A program made the position numbers and the translations under genes. Under the pieces are notes generated by a model, which saw nothing but the letters and a program-made list of their open reading frames with translations, was not told the DNA's origin and made no database searches. A stretch of 64,000 nt of DNA from Macrostomum lignano. Lineage: Eukaryota. This document shows positions 59,408-64,000 of the stretch, in pieces. The stretch spans positions 7,381 to 71,380 of the forward strand of contig NIVC01003887.1 in the NCBI GenBank assembly GCA_002269645.1, in the 5' to 3' direction. How positions within the stretch are numbered: position 1 is the first letter of the stretch; each line of letters begins with the position of its first letter.

Positions 59408-62400
59408 TCACTCTAAGCAGTCCGCTGTCCTTTTCGGACTACCCCTGATTAACAGCTGAAAGTGGCCGAACGGAAGACTTGAATTCGAGCCAGTCCACGC
59501 TCGCTTGTCCTCCCAGATACTGAGAGCGAGCTTACGTTGCTCAATGGTGAAAACGCGATGTTTCTCACTTCCAATTCGACGAACAGTGAGCGACAGCTTT
59601 GAAGCCCCCTTGAAAATCTTGACGTAGTCGTCGTGGGAGACTTCATTCTTCAGCACGCTTCGTTGGATGCCTTTTGCTTTTGCTTTGCATGCCGCCGAGC
59701 TTTCAGCGAGGAAAGAATAGAGCTTGGGCCTTAGCAGCACCCACTCAATCTGTTGCAGTCCACCAGCTTCATCTTTAATGCAGCCTAGCTTGGCCTTTAG
59801 CCGATTCGAGAAGAGAGGATGATTAGTGAAAAATTGGAGGTGTCCAAGAGGCCTTCGGCATGCAGGATTGGCAGCACTTCTCTCTGCAAACTAAGGTTCT
59901 CTAAGCTCAAAAACAACGAGTCTGTATCGCCACCGCAAACTCGAACTCTTGCTCCATCACGGAATTCTAGCATGGGTTTTATTTTGTCATAGTAAAGTCG
60001 ATACATGATGATCTTGGAGCGATCTAGAACACACTGCCCCATGAAAATTGGCGATCAAGAGTTACTTCGCGCTTTTGAAGCTCAAAGATGCTGAGTGACG
60101 GCGTAATGATTGTGAATGATGCGACATTTGGTTGAGAAGAAACAGTCTTGGCTTTTTTCTTGTCACTGCACACTCTGATGTCCCGCCGCTTGCGCACGTT
60201 CTCCATTGTTTTGCCAAACAGGGAGTTATTTTTCAGTTTATAGAAATCCTTCTCGAAATCATTTTTCGCCATAGAGCGCTTCTCGCTATTCATCTTAATG
60301 TAGTCCGCGAAGACAGGTTCTTGCCTGAATTCGATCATCCTGTGGAGCCCATGCAACTTCATTCCGTGCGATAGATAGAATCGGAGAGCAGACGAGTGCA
60401 GTACATAGGAAAACTTGTTGTGGCATGTGAGCATTAATTTTTGTACTCCACGGTAGCGCGCAACGGTAGGATTCTCAGTCGTGTTCGCGTCGGGCTGCTG
60501 CTGCTGATGATGCTGAGAATGATCATTGTCATGTTGAAGCAGTACCCATAATTCTCGCATGTACTGCGGAAATTCTTCAAAATTCGGACACCTTTTCTCT
60601 GGGGCGAATGGAAGATCCTCCGTTGCCGTGTGGATTTCGGCTGGGTAGAGCAAATCCGCTTCGACAAGGTAGCCGATTGGAGCGTCATCATCCAGGGAAA
60701 GAAAGCGGCACTCGGACCATGAGCAGCTCCTCTTGACTGAGCCAGCGAAAGCCACAACAGGTAGGGGCATTGTGAGCGCATGACCGTAAAGTTATTAGCA
60801 TCAACAGCCAGTAAACTCCTACCTGCTGGTTCATTATCATCATCGCTACTTTCGCTCTGGACATGATGTACATTGACAAAAGACATTCCACCCCGAATTC
60901 CTTTTCAAACATTTTATACATCTCGAGGTCAGTTAGCAGTTCGATCTTGACTTGAGAAGACTTTAGTGCAGAAGCGAATGATAGCCTGGAGTTGACACAA
61001 AATGCACCGGATCTAGCTTGTCTTCCTGCAAACTCAGCCTTCGAAACCCTCAAAGATATCTGCTAGTTGCCTGATGTCCAGCTCCAAGTAGCAGAGCATG
61101 TAATCGCGCAATGTTGTAGATTCGAATTCAGTCCAGGCCTTCTGCGCATGCCGATACTCCGCCTCGGTACAGTGGCTGTTGGTGAGTCGGTTAAAAAAGC
61201 TTTCTACTTTTGGTAGTTGGCGATCATCAAGCACATTCAAATTCGAGAGATAATCATAGGGAAAACTCCCTTACTAAACAGTACATCGCTTGAAAGATTT
61301 GGATACTTTGATCGCATCGCATTAGTGATGGGACAGTTGTCCTCCGGCAAGTTCTTAATAAGTTGAGAGAGACTGCTGTGTAGGAATTGCAGTGAGTCGA
61401 TGAATTGTAGCGTGAAAAACAGGGGCTTTTTTACGCCATCTTTCTCATACTCATCAATCTGGAACTCGACCCTCATGGAGAGGTACGACTCGGCAGTTTG
61501 GGGGATGACGCTCACCCTCCAACCAGTCATGTCACCCAGCGCAGTTGAGAAAATCAAATGCAGGTCATATCCGCGAAGATTGTGGAAAACTATTGGCAAA
61601 AATCGCCGTTTTAGCCGAGCAAGCTTGTTACACGAAGCGCAGGCAGCACCCTTGTATTCACCGCTGAGGTGGTCGTGATCCCAGTGCTTGTCAGAAGATG
61701 AAATAAACACTGCATTGCATAAATAGCACTGTGGGCATCTTGAAAGCTGCGCCTGTTGTCATCTCTGTTTCTGTCAGCAATCTGATGACTAAACTCGGTA
61801 TTCCAACCATAAACTTCACGAGCAAGACGTTCGAGTGAGGCCAAAAACTGTTTCACGACAGAATTCGGATTGGGTCCGCTGCAGAGGAAAACATCCTCAC
61901 TCGGCCTCAGAATTTTGCTGCTCATACCCTCTCTTGGAATAACAATGTAGCCAGCAGCTACAGGTACATGCTCAGTTAACTTGGTGACAGTAACTTCTCT
62001 TTCAGACTCCACTGGTTCACGTGGGGTGTTCAGAGCTTCAAAATCTGCGTAGACAACAAATGGGGGACTGATTGTCTTTTCCCAAGCCATGAACTGCATT
62101 GTGTTGCTACTTGCATCAGGCATGCGCTCCATGATGGCTGGTTTCAGTTGAGGATTGCAGCTGTCTCGATGCTGCTCCAACTCTTCCTGGAATCGAAACG
62201 GAGAAATGCACTTCTCACACCATTTGCGATTCCTCAGACCTTTTTTGCTGTTCAGGAGCCGGTCCAGGTTCGAAACTGCACACCAGTGTCCAGTCCCACA
62301 ATTCTCATCACCACCACCATCATCATCAGCATCATCGGAGCTGGAGTTGCGAAGCAAGAGTAGAGGAATAACCTTGCGAGAGGCACAAATCCCAGGAAGA

Positions 62401-63152
62401 GGCTGGCGAATGACATAGGCCTCATCATCTTCCCAGCTAAAAACTGTGAAACAGATTTCGGAATTCTTTTCCTCTATAACGTCTAAATCGGAAATTGCGA
62501 CTGGTAGTGCGATGCCGCTCAGATCGATTTCATCCAACCATCTGCTGTAAGTTGTTAGTCGATGGCAAGACTTCATCACACCAGGATCTCTGATGTGCAG
62601 GTAAGCGAGACAGGCAAACAGAAAGCAATTGTTTCCATCGCTCGGTGGGTTGATTATGGCCTTCTTAACGCCAGCTGATTGGGCAAAAAAAATTCGCGCA
62701 TCGTCCACGATAGTAGCGAATGCGATCAGTGAGGGCAGAGCACAGATCAAAATAGTTGATTTGCTCAACTATCCAACCGCTCCCATTTGAATTGTAGGCA
62801 TCAATCTTGCGTTCCAGCTCAGAAAACTGCTGCAACCACCACAATTCAAAATCTCTTAGATCAGAGAGAAGCTCAAGACCGCATGCGATCCACTTATCTT
62901 CTGCATTGATTACCGCAGCTTCCTTGATTCTCACCATTCTGATGTTGAACTTGAGCTGCGCTCGAATAGATTTATTCTCGGATGAATCGAATCTCATCTC
63001 AACAGCCTGTAGCACTGCAAACTTCGTTGATGATAAAAAATGAAATGGCTCGAGACTCTTGATGCTGGAGTGAAGCGTCTGACCTGCAGCGTGTCATCAT
63101 GCGCACTAGCGTGAATAGCCGAGCTGAATTGAATGCCTGCATGAATTAGCAT
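59408..63152 (-). CDS. polB: Protein-primed family B DNA polymerase (~1250 aa), split by about 10 1-nt frameshifts; includes an OTU-like segment and an endonuclease VII-like insert
   Basis: ExoI VYADFE, ExoII FHNLRGYDLH, FIDSLQF, KGVFPYDY, ExoIII DIRQLADIFE, IRGGMS, VDANNLYG, KLKNNSLFGKTMEN, GGDTDS, KLGCIKDE, RPKLYS, KAKGI. The start at 63152 is inferred. Confidence 0.93.
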
Positions 63153-63231
63153 GTTGTTGGGTGTACGCGTTTCACTCGACAGTTAAAATTTATAAATCAT
63201 AATCCTAATTCCACCTCATTATGGTGCGGGA

Positions 63232-63540
63232 ATCGGTTAATCAGGAATCAGTGAATCGGGAATCGGCGAATCGGGAATCGGTGAATCGGAATCGGCGGAA
63301 TCGGGAATCGGTGAATCGGTAATCAGTGAATCAGGAATCGGAATCAGTGAATCGGTGAATCGGTGAATCGGGAATCGTGAATCGGTGAATCGGGAATCAG
63401 TGAATCGGTGAATCGGTGAATCGGGAATCAGTGAATCGGTGAATCGGGAATCGGAATCGGTGAATCGAAGGTGTGAATCGGTGAATCGGGAATCGGTGAA
63501 TCGGAATCGGAATCGGTGAATCGGCGAATCAGGAATCGGG
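63232..63540. repeat. Degenerate short-unit repeat (GTGAATCGG/GGAATCGG) upstream of polB
   Basis: Direct reading. Confidence 0.9.
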
Positions 63541-64000
63541 TTTATGACTACTTTTTCTTGTATTTAGAGGGAAGAGTCTACTTTACTGGCTTTACTAATC
63601 ACATTGGATTGACTCACTGGTTGGTTCGATTTCGATAGCAAAATTGGTAGACTCAAGCGGCCGATCACTTGCTGATGATGATGATGAAGTGTCTCTTCGA
63701 AGAAGCATCTCGGTTCGGTTGATGACACGGCTTAGAGCATTTTCGATGAGAATTAGATGAGGAAATTTGCTGAAATACATATTTGTGAAATTATTTTTTC
63801 TTGCAAAAGTAAATTCAAATCCCTAATTTGTGGATATACGCTCGTATTAAGTGTACATATTTTCGAAGTTGTACTTCGGGTCTTGTCGTTACGTGCCAAA
63901 TTTCGGGGTCTCATAATGGGTTTAATAAAAGGGTCTTATGAAACGAATTCTAAAAATAATTCAAAATAACTCAAAGCTGAAAACTTTTCCAAAATTCTGC

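Larger units (their letters stand above)
50481..64000. mobile_element. Polinton/Maverick (adintovirus-like endogenous dsDNA virus); right end not in window
   Basis: Left terminus AGTAGTAG (AGT-repeat end typical of Polintons). Intronless, tightly packed genes for INT, minor capsid, major capsid, protease, ATPase and pPolB. Confidence 0.95.

Noticed and set aside
63540-64000. Right terminal inverted repeat of the Polinton (ACTACT at ~63546)
   Set aside because: Flanking sequence does not match the reverse complement of 50481-50645; the right end must lie beyond the window or be missing.
50481-64000. Bacterial or phage contamination explaining the intronless gene block
   Set aside because: The gene set (chromodomain integrase, adenain protease, PC4, TBP, AATAAA signals) is eukaryotic-viral and joined to host intron sequence.

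Overview
Eukaryotic (animal) genomic DNA. It has spliceosomal introns, SINEs, satellites and retroelements; the overall style suggests an invertebrate such as a free-living flatworm, but that is inference. Layout: (1) 1-8.8 kb is a repeat mosaic of a tRNA-derived SINE, 18-, 42- and 15-bp minisatellites, a CRE-type non-LTR 3' relic and a decayed Ty3/Gypsy pol. (2) 8811-13137 is an intact, very young 4.3-kb Ty3/Gypsy (Mag-type) LTR retrotransposon on the minus strand, with identical 265-bp LTRs and a CTTAT target-site duplication (TSD). (3) 14.1-30.9 kb holds two tandem paralogous 6-exon genes encoding N-terminal ankyrin repeats fused to a MAP3K/STE11-like kinase. They are separated by an RTE-type RT relic and a 6-kb 37-bp satellite. 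(4) 35.9-50.0 kb holds six exons of a class C GPCR of the mangetout/DmXR (mGluR-like) type, including a probable GC-AG intron. (5) From 50481 to the window end, a Polinton/Maverick (adintovirus-like endogenous DNA virus) lies downstream of receptor exon 6. It carries integrase-chromodomain, minor and major capsid, adenain-like protease, packaging ATPase and protein-primed PolB genes. It also carries a PC4-like gene, a DEDD-like nuclease and a two-repeat TATA-binding-protein (TBP)-like gene that the ORF track shows truncated by a 1-nt frameshift. The TBP-like plus PC4-like pair bracketing the virion gene block, with a TATA box at the left end, is the most striking feature: the element appears to carry its own pieces of the RNA polymerase II initiation machinery. 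Nearly all Polinton lesions are 1-nt deletions, so the real element may be intact. No database searches were run; all family calls come from motifs recognised by eye.
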